64,000 bases of DNA from contig JAJFGN010000068.1 of assembly GCA_021776115.1 (NCBI GenBank), positions 665 to 64,664 of the forward strand, written 5' to 3'. The notes beneath the pieces were generated by a model. The model worked only from the letters and a program-made list of their open reading frames with translations, had not been told where the DNA came from and ran no database searches. Below, piece after piece: positions 9,513 to 19,417 of the stretch. Origin of the DNA: Kiloniellaceae bacterium (GTDB taxonomy: Bacteria; Pseudomonadota; Alphaproteobacteria; Kiloniellales; J153). The position numbers and the translations under genes were made by a program. Every line of letters begins with the position of its first letter. The stretch's first letter is position 1.

Positions 9513-10316
9513 TCAGCCATGCCTAGCGGGTTTGCGGGCGACGGCCATGATCATATGGCTGAATACCATGCCAGGCAGAATAGGGGCCAGCAGGGCACTG
9601 AGGGCCCGGGTGACGGCCCACTTGTACGACAAGCCGAATTCGTGATGTAGGCACCGTAGGACTCCCTGGCGCTTGTGAATCGGCTTAATATTCAAGACTT
9701 GAAATCCGCCAAGTCGCAAGTAATCCCTAAGTTCCCCACGGGTCAAGCGCCACTGATAAAATCGCATCGGCTGATGATTTGGTTCCGTCTCGCGCTTTGC
9801 ATCGAAAGCCTTGATCAGAGACTGGCGCAGGTTGTCGAAGGGCACGGTGATGAAAAGATAGCCGCCCGGTTTCAAGACGCGGAACGCTTCGGCCACACAG
9901 CGATCCAGACCTTCCTCGAAGTGCTCGAAGGTGCCCCAAGAGAAATAGCCGTCAAAGCTTTCTGCCGGCAGTCCCGTGTCGCGGATGTCGCCAACGGCGA
10001 AGTCCGAATCTGGAAACAGTGATTTTAACTTTGCCACGGTGTCACGGCTGATGTCGAGTCCAAGGGTGGGCATCTCGTTTCGGCTCAAATAGAGTGTCCA
10101 ATCCCCTAAGCCACAGCCCCCGTCCAGAAGATATGCGCCTTTGGGAAGCTGGTCCAAATAGGGGCGCATGATCCGGAATTCGGGCTTCCTCGGAATCTGA
10201 CCTACGGCGCCCTTGGGGCCACCTTCCTGTTGCCAGACTCGGGTCCAGTACGCCTCGACGAACGCGGTTTCATCCCCGCCGCCCGATACCGTATCGACTG
10301 TGAAATCCTTTCGCAT
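9513..10316 (-). CDS. Class I SAM-dependent methyltransferase
   Basis: YLLDGGCGLGDWTLYL, FSWGTFEHF and LKPGGYLFITVP. Confidence 0.8.
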   Translation of the reverse strand: MRKDFTVDTVSGGGDETAFVEAYWTRVWQQEGGPKGAVGQIPRKPEFRIMRPYLDQLPKGAYLLDGGCGLGDWTLYLSRNEMPTLGLDISRDTVAKLKSLFPDSDFAVGDIRDTGLPAESFDGYFSWGTFEHFEEGLDRCVAEAFRVLKPGGYLFITVPFDNLRQSLIKAFDAKRETEPNHQPMRFYQWRLTRGELRDYLRLGGFQVLNIKPIHKRQGVLRCLHHEFGLSYKWAVTRALSALLAPILPGMVFSHMIMAVARKPARHG

Positions 10317-10372
10317 TCAAATAGTCCTGGCGCTCTTTCAGGTTATCTTTAAGGGATGCGTATCTCTGTCTA

Positions 10373-11398
10373 TCAAAGCGGAATCTGGTTGCGGATATAC
10401 AGCCAGGGCGAGCGAAATACCTTGCGTCGTTTGCCATATTCTTCGCGGCGGGAAAAGAGAGTTTCGACAAGATTGAGCCAGTTACCAGTCATGCGCTCAG
10501 CCGTATTGGGGTAGGAGCCCATCCGCTCAGCGAGCGCATTGTAGTCCGACGTTAGTTGATTCAGCGCGGCCTCGAACGTTTCAGGACTAAACGGAACGCC
10601 AAAGCCGGCGCAGTACTCAGGCAGACAGCCGCTTTCACGGTAGAGAAGCGGCAGGCCGCACAGGGCTCCTTCATTCTGGTGATTCCCGCCTGGCTCATTT
10701 ATGGATGCCGTAATGTAGGCGTGATGGCTACGCAGCTCGTCAGCCAAGGCCTCCCCGGTCAGAGGTTCGATGTGACAGGCATGGCGAAACCGGAAGCCCT
10801 TCGGAAGGTTGCCGACATAGGTAAAGCGGATACGGTTTCCCCAGGAATCACTAGCCAGCATGGCATCGAGACGCTCATAGATGTCGAAGCCCTTCAACCG
10901 GTTGCCCCCCCAGTGATGCGTGACCAGCTTCAGGGGGTCATTGCCATTCCATGGCGCGAACCCCTGGGCATTGAACGTCCTGGTATCGGCGCCGTTCAGA
11001 ATAACGCTGCTCTCGGCCGGCGGTGCCGATTGCCAGGCCGCCAATTCGCGCAACCACGATCCGACGAACACAGTGTGGTCGGCACAATAGTTGGCGCGTG
11101 TGAGAAGCCTATTCATGTGGCGAGTATTCTTACGCTCGTCGCATTCGTTGACACGGTGGATGGCGACGGCCTTAGGATTCCGAAATGCCAAATACCGAAG
11201 GATAGCGCCAGCGCCGAATCTGAAAATGGGTAGACGGGAACGGGGGTCCATGAGGAGAATGATATCAATATCGCCATCGGCCAGATCGAACACGGCCGAA
11301 TGGCCCGCTTGCTCTAGCGCTTCCGTTAGGGCGGAAACGAAGCGGTTTCCACCACCCCAGGGGCCGGACTGAAGTCGGTAGCCGATGGCGACTTTCAT
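10373..11398 (-). CDS. Putative glycosyltransferase (GT-B-like)
   Basis: MKVAIGYRLQSGPWGGGNRFVSAL N-terminus and INEPGGNHQNEGALCGLPLLY, which resembles the GT-B donor-binding motif. Start moved to ATG 11398, just after the upstream stop at 11400-11402. Confidence 0.5.
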   Translation of the reverse strand: MKVAIGYRLQSGPWGGGNRFVSALTEALEQAGHSAVFDLADGDIDIILLMDPRSRLPIFRFGAGAILRYLAFRNPKAVAIHRVNECDERKNTRHMNRLLTRANYCADHTVFVGSWLRELAAWQSAPPAESSVILNGADTRTFNAQGFAPWNGNDPLKLVTHHWGGNRLKGFDIYERLDAMLASDSWGNRIRFTYVGNLPKGFRFRHACHIEPLTGEALADELRSHHAYITASINEPGGNHQNEGALCGLPLLYRESGCLPEYCAGFGVPFSPETFEAALNQLTSDYNALAERMGSYPNTAERMTGNWLNLVETLFSRREEYGKRRKVFRSPWLYIRNQIPL

Positions 11399-11399
11399 A

Positions 11400-12206
11400 C
11401 TACGGGGTTTCGCCATTCACGGGAATATTCCCAGGGGATTTCCTCAACACAAGAGTCTGCGTCGTGCAGCATCGCCACAGACCGAGCTTCTGCCGAAAAG
11501 GGTTGCGTCCTAGGAGCGTAGCGATATTGACCAAAAGTCTGGCGACCCGGCTGACCCACCGCTGATCGATGGTCACCAGTTCGTACCAAAAGATCGGATG
11601 CGTCTCGTACACATGGATGGGTGAGCCGAATATCTTGCTGCAAAGCTCGACGAACTCGCCCGTAAACCACTCTTGCACATGCATTGGATCCACGGGCTGG
11701 TGCGAAAACCGAATCGGAGTCGTGATTACGAGATGTCCCCCGGGGAGCAGGACCCGGCGAATCTCGGAGAGCATCGTGAGCGGCTCCTGAACGTGCTCGA
11801 TGACATCCGAGCAGACAACTGCGTCATAGCCGTTCTCCGGCTCGCCCGTGCCGTATCCGGCTACGCATTTGAATTGCCCTTCCAGGCCGCGCAGAGCAAA
11901 GGCCTTGCGCGCCAAGTCGATCGCCAACGAACTGGCATCCACCCCGGTGACGGATCGTCCCAGGTCTTGTCGAATCAGTCCGCTGAGTGCGCCGTCGCCG
12001 CACCCGACATCGAGAATCCGTGCCTCCGGCGCAAGAGCGAGATCCTTCAGGCAGTCCAGAGCCAGATCGTAACGGGCTCTGGTGTAGGCGTTCATTCGCA
12101 TCAGCCCGCCGGAATAGTCGGCCCAATGATAGGCACCCTTTTTTTCGTATTTCTCGAACTGGATCTCGCTCACCAGCCGCGGTCCCAAACTATGCATGGC
12201 GGACAC
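11400..12206 (-). CDS. Class I SAM-dependent methyltransferase
   Basis: RILDVGCGDGALSGLI, DAVVCSDVIEHV and LLPGGHLVITTP. Confidence 0.8.
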   Translation of the reverse strand: MSAMHSLGPRLVSEIQFEKYEKKGAYHWADYSGGLMRMNAYTRARYDLALDCLKDLALAPEARILDVGCGDGALSGLIRQDLGRSVTGVDASSLAIDLARKAFALRGLEGQFKCVAGYGTGEPENGYDAVVCSDVIEHVQEPLTMLSEIRRVLLPGGHLVITTPIRFSHQPVDPMHVQEWFTGEFVELCSKIFGSPIHVYETHPIFWYELVTIDQRWVSRVARLLVNIATLLGRNPFRQKLGLWRCCTTQTLVLRKSPGNIPVNGETP

Positions 12207-12332
12207 CGATAGAGTGTTTTATCGAGAGGCATCGCTTCGCCGCGCTTCGGTTCGAAGAATAGTGCTGCGCGTGCACACAAACCTCGCACCGACGAATTCC
12301 ACCCGACAAGACTGGCGACAAGGAAAGCCATG

Positions 12333-13445
12333 CTAGGAGCTGGCGGGATTGGCGTTGAGGAGATGTGCGACCCTTGTGGACAAGGCGTCGATGTTAAGTT
12401 CCCTTTCCACCGTTTGCCGTGCCTTGGCACCAAGTCGCGCACACGCCGCCGGGTCGCCGAGTGATCGCTCGATGGATGCCTGCAGGCCCGCTATGGACCC
12501 GGGCGGTACGAGCAGGCAATTCTCGTCATCGCGGATCAAGTCACGATCCCATATCCCCTTGATGTCACTGATGATAACCGCCTTGCCGCAGGCCATGGCC
12601 TGCAGGCAGGCACTTTGCCCGGACGGTTGAATCGTATCCAGGATTGGCAGCACGACAAACAATGCGCCTTGCATCAGGATCCGGATCCGCTCGTCGCTCA
12701 ACATTTGCCGATGCCAGTCGCCGGAAATGACAGCGACGTTGGTGGGAATGGATGCTGCCGGTATCCGCCGTTTGGTGACGATTGTGAGCCGGGGATAGTC
12801 CTGCTTCCAGGCGCGCAAGAGGGTCGCATAGTCTCGGTGCCGATCGTTGCCGATGCTCAGCACGTAAGGGCCGTCTGGCGCTGTCTCAGGTGCCGTGCCG
12901 GTGGGCTGCCAGAATCGCGTATCGACGCCAAACGGCAGATAGTCGATCGCTACGCCGGGCAGCCGATCCTTGAGGTATGCCACTTCCGGTCGACCGAGCG
13001 ACAGAACGGGCACATGACGGAACACGGTACGATACATCAGAAGGATGCGCTTCGGGGTCGCGAAGTCAACCAACCCCATGGCGACAAAGATCAAGCGTGG
13101 CCTGCACAGGCCGAGGCGTTTGAGCACGGCAAGGGCGATTCCGAAGGCATTCGTGGTGACAAAGATCGCATCGTATCTTTGCAGAAGTGCCCGTGCGTCG
13201 CGCCAAGCCAGTCGGTACGTTGCCCACAAGGGAAGGCCCAGGACGGCCCAGGCTAGGTGATTAACGGCACGCCATAGCCGAGAGGGGCTCTTGTCCAGAC
13301 CGAAATCGTTGTCTTGCCATAGATCGATATCGAGGCCCGACTCGCGCAGTTGCGGATAGCCGAAAAAGAATTCCGTCGGCCCGTCCGCGGTGTCATTCCC
13401 AAGCCGTTCTTTGCGGCCGGATTTGAAAAGGTAGGCAAACGTCAT
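12333..13445 (-). CDS. Glycosyltransferase, GT-B fold (GT4-like)
   Basis: QPSGQSACLQAMACGKAVIISDIKGIWD in the C-terminal half. Confidence 0.7.
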   Translation of the reverse strand: MTFAYLFKSGRKERLGNDTADGPTEFFFGYPQLRESGLDIDLWQDNDFGLDKSPSRLWRAVNHLAWAVLGLPLWATYRLAWRDARALLQRYDAIFVTTNAFGIALAVLKRLGLCRPRLIFVAMGLVDFATPKRILLMYRTVFRHVPVLSLGRPEVAYLKDRLPGVAIDYLPFGVDTRFWQPTGTAPETAPDGPYVLSIGNDRHRDYATLLRAWKQDYPRLTIVTKRRIPAASIPTNVAVISGDWHRQMLSDERIRILMQGALFVVLPILDTIQPSGQSACLQAMACGKAVIISDIKGIWDRDLIRDDENCLLVPPGSIAGLQASIERSLGDPAACARLGAKARQTVERELNIDALSTRVAHLLNANPASS

Positions 13446-13511
13446 GACCGGCTATACGGGTATCCGGCCGCGGCCATTTTTGAGCACCAAATTGCCGGTC
13501 TCGAAGGCGCA

Positions 13512-14096
13512 CTACCGCCGCGCCGCTGCCGCACAACGCGCCTCCACCTTCTCGCAGATGTAGTGATAGAGATTGATATGAACTTCTTGAATGCGCGGCG
13601 TTTGGCGCGACGGCACGGCGAGTAGGACGTGGCACAGCGGCGCCATGGCGCCGCCGCCCTCGCCGGTCAAACCGATGACGGTCATGCCCATATCGCGGGC
13701 GCGATGACAGGCTGCGACCACGTTGGCGGAATTTCCGCTAGTGCTGATGGCAAAGAGGACGCCTCCCGCCTCCCCATAGGCCTCAACCTGCCGGGCGAAG
13801 ACGGTTTCATATTGGTAGTCGTTGCTCCATGCCGTCAAAATGGCTGTGTTCGACCCGAGGTCGATGACCTTGAGGCCCGGCCGCTCCACCAAGAATCGCG
13901 CCACAAGCTCGCCGGCGATATGCATGGCATCCGTCGCCGACCCGCCATTGCCGCAGACAAGCACCGGCAAGCGGCGGTCAAGCGCCGGAGCCATGGCTTC
14001 GATAGCAGCCTCGACGCGTGCATCCAGCTCAGCCGACCGAGTCTTCTCCAGTAGCGTGGCGGACTGAGCGAGATAGTCGGAAAAACTTTCAGCCAT
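13512..14096 (-). CDS. SIS-domain sugar-phosphate isomerase, GmhA (sedoheptulose-7-P isomerase)-like
   Basis: PVLVCGNGGSATDAMHIAGELV and FAISTSGNSANV. Start moved to ATG 14096 (MAESFSDYL), giving about 194 aa, the typical GmhA size. Confidence 0.7.
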   Translation of the reverse strand: MAESFSDYLAQSATLLEKTRSAELDARVEAAIEAMAPALDRRLPVLVCGNGGSATDAMHIAGELVARFLVERPGLKVIDLGSNTAILTAWSNDYQYETVFARQVEAYGEAGGVLFAISTSGNSANVVAACHRARDMGMTVIGLTGEGGGAMAPLCHVLLAVPSRQTPRIQEVHINLYHYICEKVEARCAAAARR

Positions 14097-14107
14097 GGCT
14101 ATCGCCC

Positions 14108-15574
14108 CTAGTCTTGATGGGCGCATGCCGAGGCGCGCCCTAATGAAAAGCCGGAATCCGGAACCGGCTGTTCAAATGGCGCCCGTAACGATGCGCGCGC
14201 CCCTCGGGATGGTGGGGCGAGGCTCTCGACGAAATCGCACAGCCGTTCCGAATATGGTCGATCAAACGGCTCAACGAAAAAGCGACTGACTTCCTTTAGC
14301 CGCTTCGAAATCGAACCGTTACCCACATTCGACATAAGTTCGCGAAGAGTGGGGACAAAATCATCGCTGCCGTTGGCTTTCAAGAATTCTGGCATCTGGT
14401 ACATGTCTTCAAAATGAATCAGAGACGCCGCCCGTTGAAAATGGTCGGCGGACTCTTCTTCTGTTGGCAAGAAGCAAGCGACCGGCTTTCCGTGCAAGGC
14501 ACCCTCGATGATGATTGTTGACAACGGGGAGACCAAAGCGTCGATGGAACAAAGCAGGTCATGCGTCCGCTCATAGGGCGGCAGAGATTTTCCCTTGTGG
14601 CCCGCCTTCACCGCCTCGAGATAGCCACGCATGCTATTTTCCAGGCGAACATGGCGCCATGGATGATCGAGCAGACACTCTCCTCCCTTTCCGCCACCAC
14701 CCCATGGATGGGGGCGGTAGACAACCGCCATACTGGGGAGGCGGCCAGTGTCGATGGCGTCTTCGATCGTACAAAGGTGGCTGAACTCATTGCTCTCCTT
14801 GCTCGAACCGGCATACATAAGAACTGGAAGAGCGGGATCAATGTTGTGTTCGCGGCAGAATTCGGTTCGGGAAATGGTGGGTGGATTGCGAAAAAGGTCG
14901 AACTGCGCCGCACCAAACTTGATAGCCCGATCCGTGCTTATGCCAACGTATTCGACGGCATGCCGCTTGGTTTGCTCACCCCACACGAGCAGCCAGTCCG
15001 GGACTCCGACCATAGCTCGCTTTGTGCTCGGATTGTCCCAAGAATTCATAATCGTAACGAATGGAATGGTACGTTTGGACGCCGCTTCCATCAGATCGTT
15101 GATATAGACCCCCTCAAGCACGCACGGATGGATGAGCGCATCGGGTCGATATTTGTCAAGCAGCGCGGCCAAATCGTGATAGGGCCGTTCGGCAAGCTTA
15201 CGTTCAAGGAAATGTCGAACTAGAGTAAACACGCCGGGCAAACTGGCCACTCGGTACAGTGCTGCTGCCTTTGCCCCAATGGCGCCGGTATAAATCCTGC
15301 GAACGACCTTCCATTGCCGACCGGGCCGCCACCTGAGCTGGTCGATCTGGAACAGCGGCTTCCACAGGCGCTGGCGACCCTGATGGACCGTGAGGTGGGT
15401 ATAGTCCGCGCCACAGAGATCCAGTTGGCCGATCTTGACATCGCCCATCCGCTTGTATCCGGGCTCGGGGAACACAAACGTCACGTCGTGCTTGTTGATG
15501 AGATCGGCGAACACCAGGCTATGGAGGAAATGGCGGGCGACCACATCTACCTCAATGAAAATCAGGATCTTCAA
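14108..15574 (-). CDS. GT-B-like protein with HP motif; candidate CMP-ulosonate transferase
   Basis: VVYRPHPWGG followed about 60 aa later by SPLSTIIIEGALHGKPV. Start moved to TTG 15574, which forms a TTGA overlap with the upstream stop (15571-15573) and gives N-terminus (M)KILIFIEVD. Function is inferred, not recognised. Confidence 0.4.
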   Translation of the reverse strand: MKILIFIEVDVVARHFLHSLVFADLINKHDVTFVFPEPGYKRMGDVKIGQLDLCGADYTHLTVHQGRQRLWKPLFQIDQLRWRPGRQWKVVRRIYTGAIGAKAAALYRVASLPGVFTLVRHFLERKLAERPYHDLAALLDKYRPDALIHPCVLEGVYINDLMEAASKRTIPFVTIMNSWDNPSTKRAMVGVPDWLLVWGEQTKRHAVEYVGISTDRAIKFGAAQFDLFRNPPTISRTEFCREHNIDPALPVLMYAGSSKESNEFSHLCTIEDAIDTGRLPSMAVVYRPHPWGGGGKGGECLLDHPWRHVRLENSMRGYLEAVKAGHKGKSLPPYERTHDLLCSIDALVSPLSTIIIEGALHGKPVACFLPTEEESADHFQRAASLIHFEDMYQMPEFLKANGSDDFVPTLRELMSNVGNGSISKRLKEVSRFFVEPFDRPYSERLCDFVESLAPPSRGARASLRAPFEQPVPDSGFSLGRASACAHQD

Positions 15575-16299
15575 TTGTGGTCTCCACTCCGCATTCTTTG
15601 TTGGCGCGAAAGAATGAAATCCACCAGACTCAGATCCCATTCAGTATCGATGCTGACAAAATTCCCCTCCAGAACCAGCGCGCTCGTGCGACGCCCCTTG
15701 ATTGTTTTCTGTTCGAGAATGCATTCGCGAGTCATTGCGTAACAAATGCCGTTTCGGTGATACACCGGCGTTAATTGCTGGCGCGCTATGATATTTGCTC
15801 CCGCCGGGTCGTAGTATTCAAGCTTGCCATCGGCCACGGTCAGTTGCTTGAGTGGGTGTCCTTTCGAATCGGTTTCTGACACGCTCCATACGGCGTCCCA
15901 ATTTCCGTTGATGAGCATTTCGATGCACGCCGTCACATGGTCGGCTCGGCGCAAAGGCGAAGTGGGTTGCAGCAGGACGATGACGTCATATGTAGTGTCA
16001 TCGATGCGCTCCATCTCGATCAGCGTATGGGTCAGCACGTCGATATCGCCGATGCGGTCGCCGGATATTTCCGGAGGACGACGGAAGGGCGCGGCAAGAC
16101 CAGACTCTTCGGCGACACGCGCGATTTCCTCGTGGTCGGTCGAGACCACTGCCTGATCGATTATGGGAATCTGACGTATGAGGCACCCGACCCGCGCCAC
16201 CATCGGCATCCCGCAGACCGGTCGCAGGTTTTTCAAGGGGATCCCTTTGCTGCCACCACGCGCCGGCACCACGGCGAGGACACGCTTGCTTCCGATCAT
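15571..16299 (-). CDS. Acylneuraminate cytidylyltransferase family (CMP-ulosonic acid synthetase) #1
   Basis: VLAVVPARGGSKGIPLKNLRPVCGMPMVA and LLQPTSPLR. ATGA overlap at 16296-16299. Confidence 0.85.
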   Translation of the reverse strand: MIGSKRVLAVVPARGGSKGIPLKNLRPVCGMPMVARVGCLIRQIPIIDQAVVSTDHEEIARVAEESGLAAPFRRPPEISGDRIGDIDVLTHTLIEMERIDDTTYDVIVLLQPTSPLRRADHVTACIEMLINGNWDAVWSVSETDSKGHPLKQLTVADGKLEYYDPAGANIIARQQLTPVYHRNGICYAMTRECILEQKTIKGRRTSALVLEGNFVSIDTEWDLSLVDFILSRQQRMRSGDHN

Positions 16300-16976
16300 G
16301 TGCGGCTCTTGGCTTTCATGAACTTGGGCATCTGTCCTTCGCGATACCTCGAAATCTTCTCGATCGTTGCGGGAAGTCGCTTCAAGTCCTTTAGGATAGG
16401 AACTGGGCTGGCAATCCCGTCCGGGCAGTCAAATACCGGTACGAAATGACAGCCAATCTGATCGGCCGCCGCATAGTCGTCAGCGCCGTCGCCGACAACG
16501 ACGAGTTCCAGAGGCGGTATGCCTAAAAGGTTCTGTACACGCAGCAGGTTCTCGACTTTAGTGGCCGGGCCGCCGAAGATCCCGGCTAGTAACTGGCCGA
16601 TTTTGCGCGTCTGGACGATGGGCCGAAGCTCGGATTCTGGCGTTGCGGAATTGATGAAGAGCCGGCATTGCTGCGCGTGCAGCGCCTCCATCGCGCTTTC
16701 GGCTCCCGGCATATCGGGGCAAGCGGTGATGAGGGCCCTGCATCGATCGCTGTACTGCTGAGCCAGATTCTCATGCAACCCGGAAGCAAGGCCGGCCATC
16801 CTAGAGAATTGCTCGAACACGGCATAGCGGTCGCCGCGGTCGGGAGCGGAGAGGACTCGTTCCATGATATCCCGGCCATCCGGAATGGCGTCGACGACAG
16901 CGAAAAAGCTGTCCCGTTTGATGTGGTTTGAGTCAACTAAGGTGCCATCGAAGTCAAACACGACGCAGCGGATCAT
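16296..16976 (-). CDS. HAD-superfamily hydrolase (phosphatase candidate)
   Basis: MIRCVVFDFDGTLVDSN (DxDGT motif I) and VVVGDGADD. Start moved from 17114 to ATG 16976 (ATGA overlap with the upstream stop). Confidence 0.75.
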   Translation of the reverse strand: MIRCVVFDFDGTLVDSNHIKRDSFFAVVDAIPDGRDIMERVLSAPDRGDRYAVFEQFSRMAGLASGLHENLAQQYSDRCRALITACPDMPGAESAMEALHAQQCRLFINSATPESELRPIVQTRKIGQLLAGIFGGPATKVENLLRVQNLLGIPPLELVVVGDGADDYAAADQIGCHFVPVFDCPDGIASPVPILKDLKRLPATIEKISRYREGQMPKFMKAKSRT

Positions 16977-17845
16977 CGGGGCATTCCAGTGACGACGGCG
17001 ATAACCGCATCGCTGTGCCCTGCGGCTTCTAGGCTCTGCATATAGCCGAAATCGACCGGGGCAAAGATCCGCGTGTACTCTGCGTTGCCGCCGGGTTTTC
17101 CACACTGTAGCCAATTGAGATGGTTTTCCAAGCCATACCGCTGGTGTGTCATCATGGCTTCGATCCTAAAACCGTGCGAACGGAGCAATCGCTCCAGCGA
17201 AGCTTTCGAGTAGTAGTAGGGGTGCTGCTTCTGAAAGCAGTAGTCGGCATACGCCGGCACCTCATAGAGGCCAAGCAAAGGGTCGTCCAGAGAAGGCACT
17301 TCCATCACTAGATGTCCGTCCGGTGCCAGCAATGACGCACAAACGGAAAGAAAGGAAGCCGGCTCTACGATGTGCTCCAAGACATGGAAAAAGCAGATAA
17401 GGTCCCAACTCCCTACTGGCGCTTGCGAAAGGTTTTCATAGTGAGTCAACCCAGCGATTTGCTCGCGCAGCGACCGCCTTGTCGTATCCGGTTCGACGCA
17501 GGCTAAATCAAGGTGGGGATGCCGTTCGCGGATTAGCGCGAGAAAGCCACCATCGCCGGCGCCAATCTCGAGCACGCGGCCAACCGATGAGAACCATGCA
17601 GCCAGCTTTTCGTGCCGGCGCTCGTAAGTACCGATCTTCTTCTTGTATTCCTGGAGACCAAGCGCTGCGGCCCGGGGCTTGTACCGGCTGTAATCCGTTT
17701 CCGGAATGGGATGGAGGACGGCAAAGTCACCCGCACGATTGACGTATACTTCGGTGTCGGCATCATCGTAGATGCCACGGCGTAGCCGCACGAACTCCTC
17801 GTCACAGAACGGAGCCGGCAGGATGGATTCATCGAGTCCAGTCAT
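16973..17845 (-). CDS. Class I SAM-dependent methyltransferase
   Basis: RVLEIGAGDGGFLALI and DLICFFHVLEHI. Start moved from 18106 to ATG 17845 (ATGA overlap with the upstream stop). Confidence 0.75.
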   Translation of the reverse strand: MTGLDESILPAPFCDEEFVRLRRGIYDDADTEVYVNRAGDFAVLHPIPETDYSRYKPRAAALGLQEYKKKIGTYERRHEKLAAWFSSVGRVLEIGAGDGGFLALIRERHPHLDLACVEPDTTRRSLREQIAGLTHYENLSQAPVGSWDLICFFHVLEHIVEPASFLSVCASLLAPDGHLVMEVPSLDDPLLGLYEVPAYADYCFQKQHPYYYSKASLERLLRSHGFRIEAMMTHQRYGLENHLNWLQCGKPGGNAEYTRIFAPVDFGYMQSLEAAGHSDAVIAVVTGMPR

Positions 17846-19389
17846 GCCGTCGGCTTGCCTACCATGTCCGGCAACTGAAATCGCCCCCAGTGATCGACGA
17901 TGGTCTTGCGCTCCGCTCGGTCCAGCTTGTTGATCGTCGGGTCGCGATAGACCGAATCGTCGTTGAAATGCGTGGTGGAAACTTCCTCGAACACGCAACC
18001 GGATTCGCTCCAGAAGTGATGCCAGACGCCCGGCATGACAAGCTGCGTGTCGCCGGGTTGTAGGACCTTGTGACGGCCATCGAGATCGGTATGCAGCTCG
18101 CCCCACAGTATCTGAAAGGTTTCTTCCTTGCGCCTGTGGTAGTGGGAGGGATGGGCCTGATGGGGCAATTGAACCAGGATCTTCTTGCAGTACTCTCGGT
18201 TGATGCAGTTGATGATTACGACGCCCGTTTCCCTGAAATTGCGAACGCCGTAGTGATGGGAGTATTCGACTTCGAATTCACTACTAAGCGGGATCCGCGC
18301 CAGGTTTAGGAGCGCCTTGACTTCATGAACTGCATGCTTGAGCACCTGGACATCGGGCGTGGGCGGAATTTCCACGGCCTCTACCATGACCGGGCCGTCG
18401 GCCGGAATATCGACAAGCGCCGGGATGTCGGTTTTCCATTGACCGCTGGATAACTGTCCCACGGTGAACGGCATCGCGAAGTAAACGTGGTCGCGTGTGA
18501 TGGTAGTGCCTTTTTCTATGGGCTCACGAGCGAAAACACCGCGCTGTAGGCCGGTGATGGCATCGCGTTCTTCTGGTGCCGGCGGCAGCCGGTCGTATGA
18601 CCCACACAGGACATGCGCCTTCTGCCATGCGCCAATCCACGCGTCGACTTGTCCGGGAGTGGAGGAATAGGCGTTGAGCGTGATCTTGTCCGTCGTCAGG
18701 CCGATGTGCCGCTCGAACATCTGTGCGCCTTTGGCAGTGGCAATCATCACCGGGCCGGTATCCGCCGGGTTCTCATGCGTGGACCACCCAATGGTGCAGT
18801 CCGGATAACGCTCTCGGAACGCTGTTACATTGCTGAGATTGCATTGCTTGTCCGGCGTCGGATAGATCGACACACAATGCATGATCGCGTGGTCGACCCC
18901 ACGATGATCGAAGAAGCTTTTCAGATCGTCGATCTGGTGTAATTCCAGTCCCCCCGTTGAGAAAATAACCGGTTTGCCCGTGACTGCGATCGCTTCGAGT
19001 AGAGGCCAGTCAATCGCCGAGCAACTGGCCACTTTGAGGACGTCAAAACCCATGTCGACGACGACATCGACGGAGTCTTCGTCAAACGGTGTACAGACAG
19101 CGACAAGTCCTTGCGCACGAACCTCGTTCAAAAGGGTCTGAAATGCGGCGCGATCGAGTTGCGTACCGAGAAACCGAGGAATGTGTTTGTTGGCGCTGCC
19201 GACCTTGTGGCTCGGGTGCACGAAGCTGTCCAGTTGGCGGAACTGGAATTTTATCGCGCCACGCACCTGTCGCACCTTTAAGACGGCGCCGTGTTGTCTG
19301 ATGATGTTCAGTCCGTGTTCGACATCGCCTTGGTGATTGTTAGCAAGGTCGAGGACGAATAGATCCTTGAAGTCGAAGCGCGATTCCAT
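17842..19389 (-). CDS. NeuB-family PEP-condensing ulosonic acid synthase fused to a C-terminal D-lyxose-isomerase-like cupin (no SAF domain)
   Basis: N-terminal half: FVLDLANNHQGD, AIKFQ, CTPFDEDSVDVVVDMGFDVLKVASCS, GKPVIFSTGG and MHCVSIYPTP (NeuB/PseI-like TIM barrel). C-terminal approx 130 aa: LPHQAHPSHYHRRKEETFQILWGEL...PGVWHHF (cupin metal-site pattern). Start taken at ATG 19389 (MESRFDFKDLFVLD). Confidence 0.7.
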   Translation of the reverse strand: MESRFDFKDLFVLDLANNHQGDVEHGLNIIRQHGAVLKVRQVRGAIKFQFRQLDSFVHPSHKVGSANKHIPRFLGTQLDRAAFQTLLNEVRAQGLVAVCTPFDEDSVDVVVDMGFDVLKVASCSAIDWPLLEAIAVTGKPVIFSTGGLELHQIDDLKSFFDHRGVDHAIMHCVSIYPTPDKQCNLSNVTAFRERYPDCTIGWSTHENPADTGPVMIATAKGAQMFERHIGLTTDKITLNAYSSTPGQVDAWIGAWQKAHVLCGSYDRLPPAPEERDAITGLQRGVFAREPIEKGTTITRDHVYFAMPFTVGQLSSGQWKTDIPALVDIPADGPVMVEAVEIPPTPDVQVLKHAVHEVKALLNLARIPLSSEFEVEYSHHYGVRNFRETGVVIINCINREYCKKILVQLPHQAHPSHYHRRKEETFQILWGELHTDLDGRHKVLQPGDTQLVMPGVWHHFWSESGCVFEEVSTTHFNDDSVYRDPTINKLDRAERKTIVDHWGRFQLPDMVGKPTA

Positions 19390-19417
19390 ATGGACGGCCC
19401 TTGTGCGTGACGATGGC

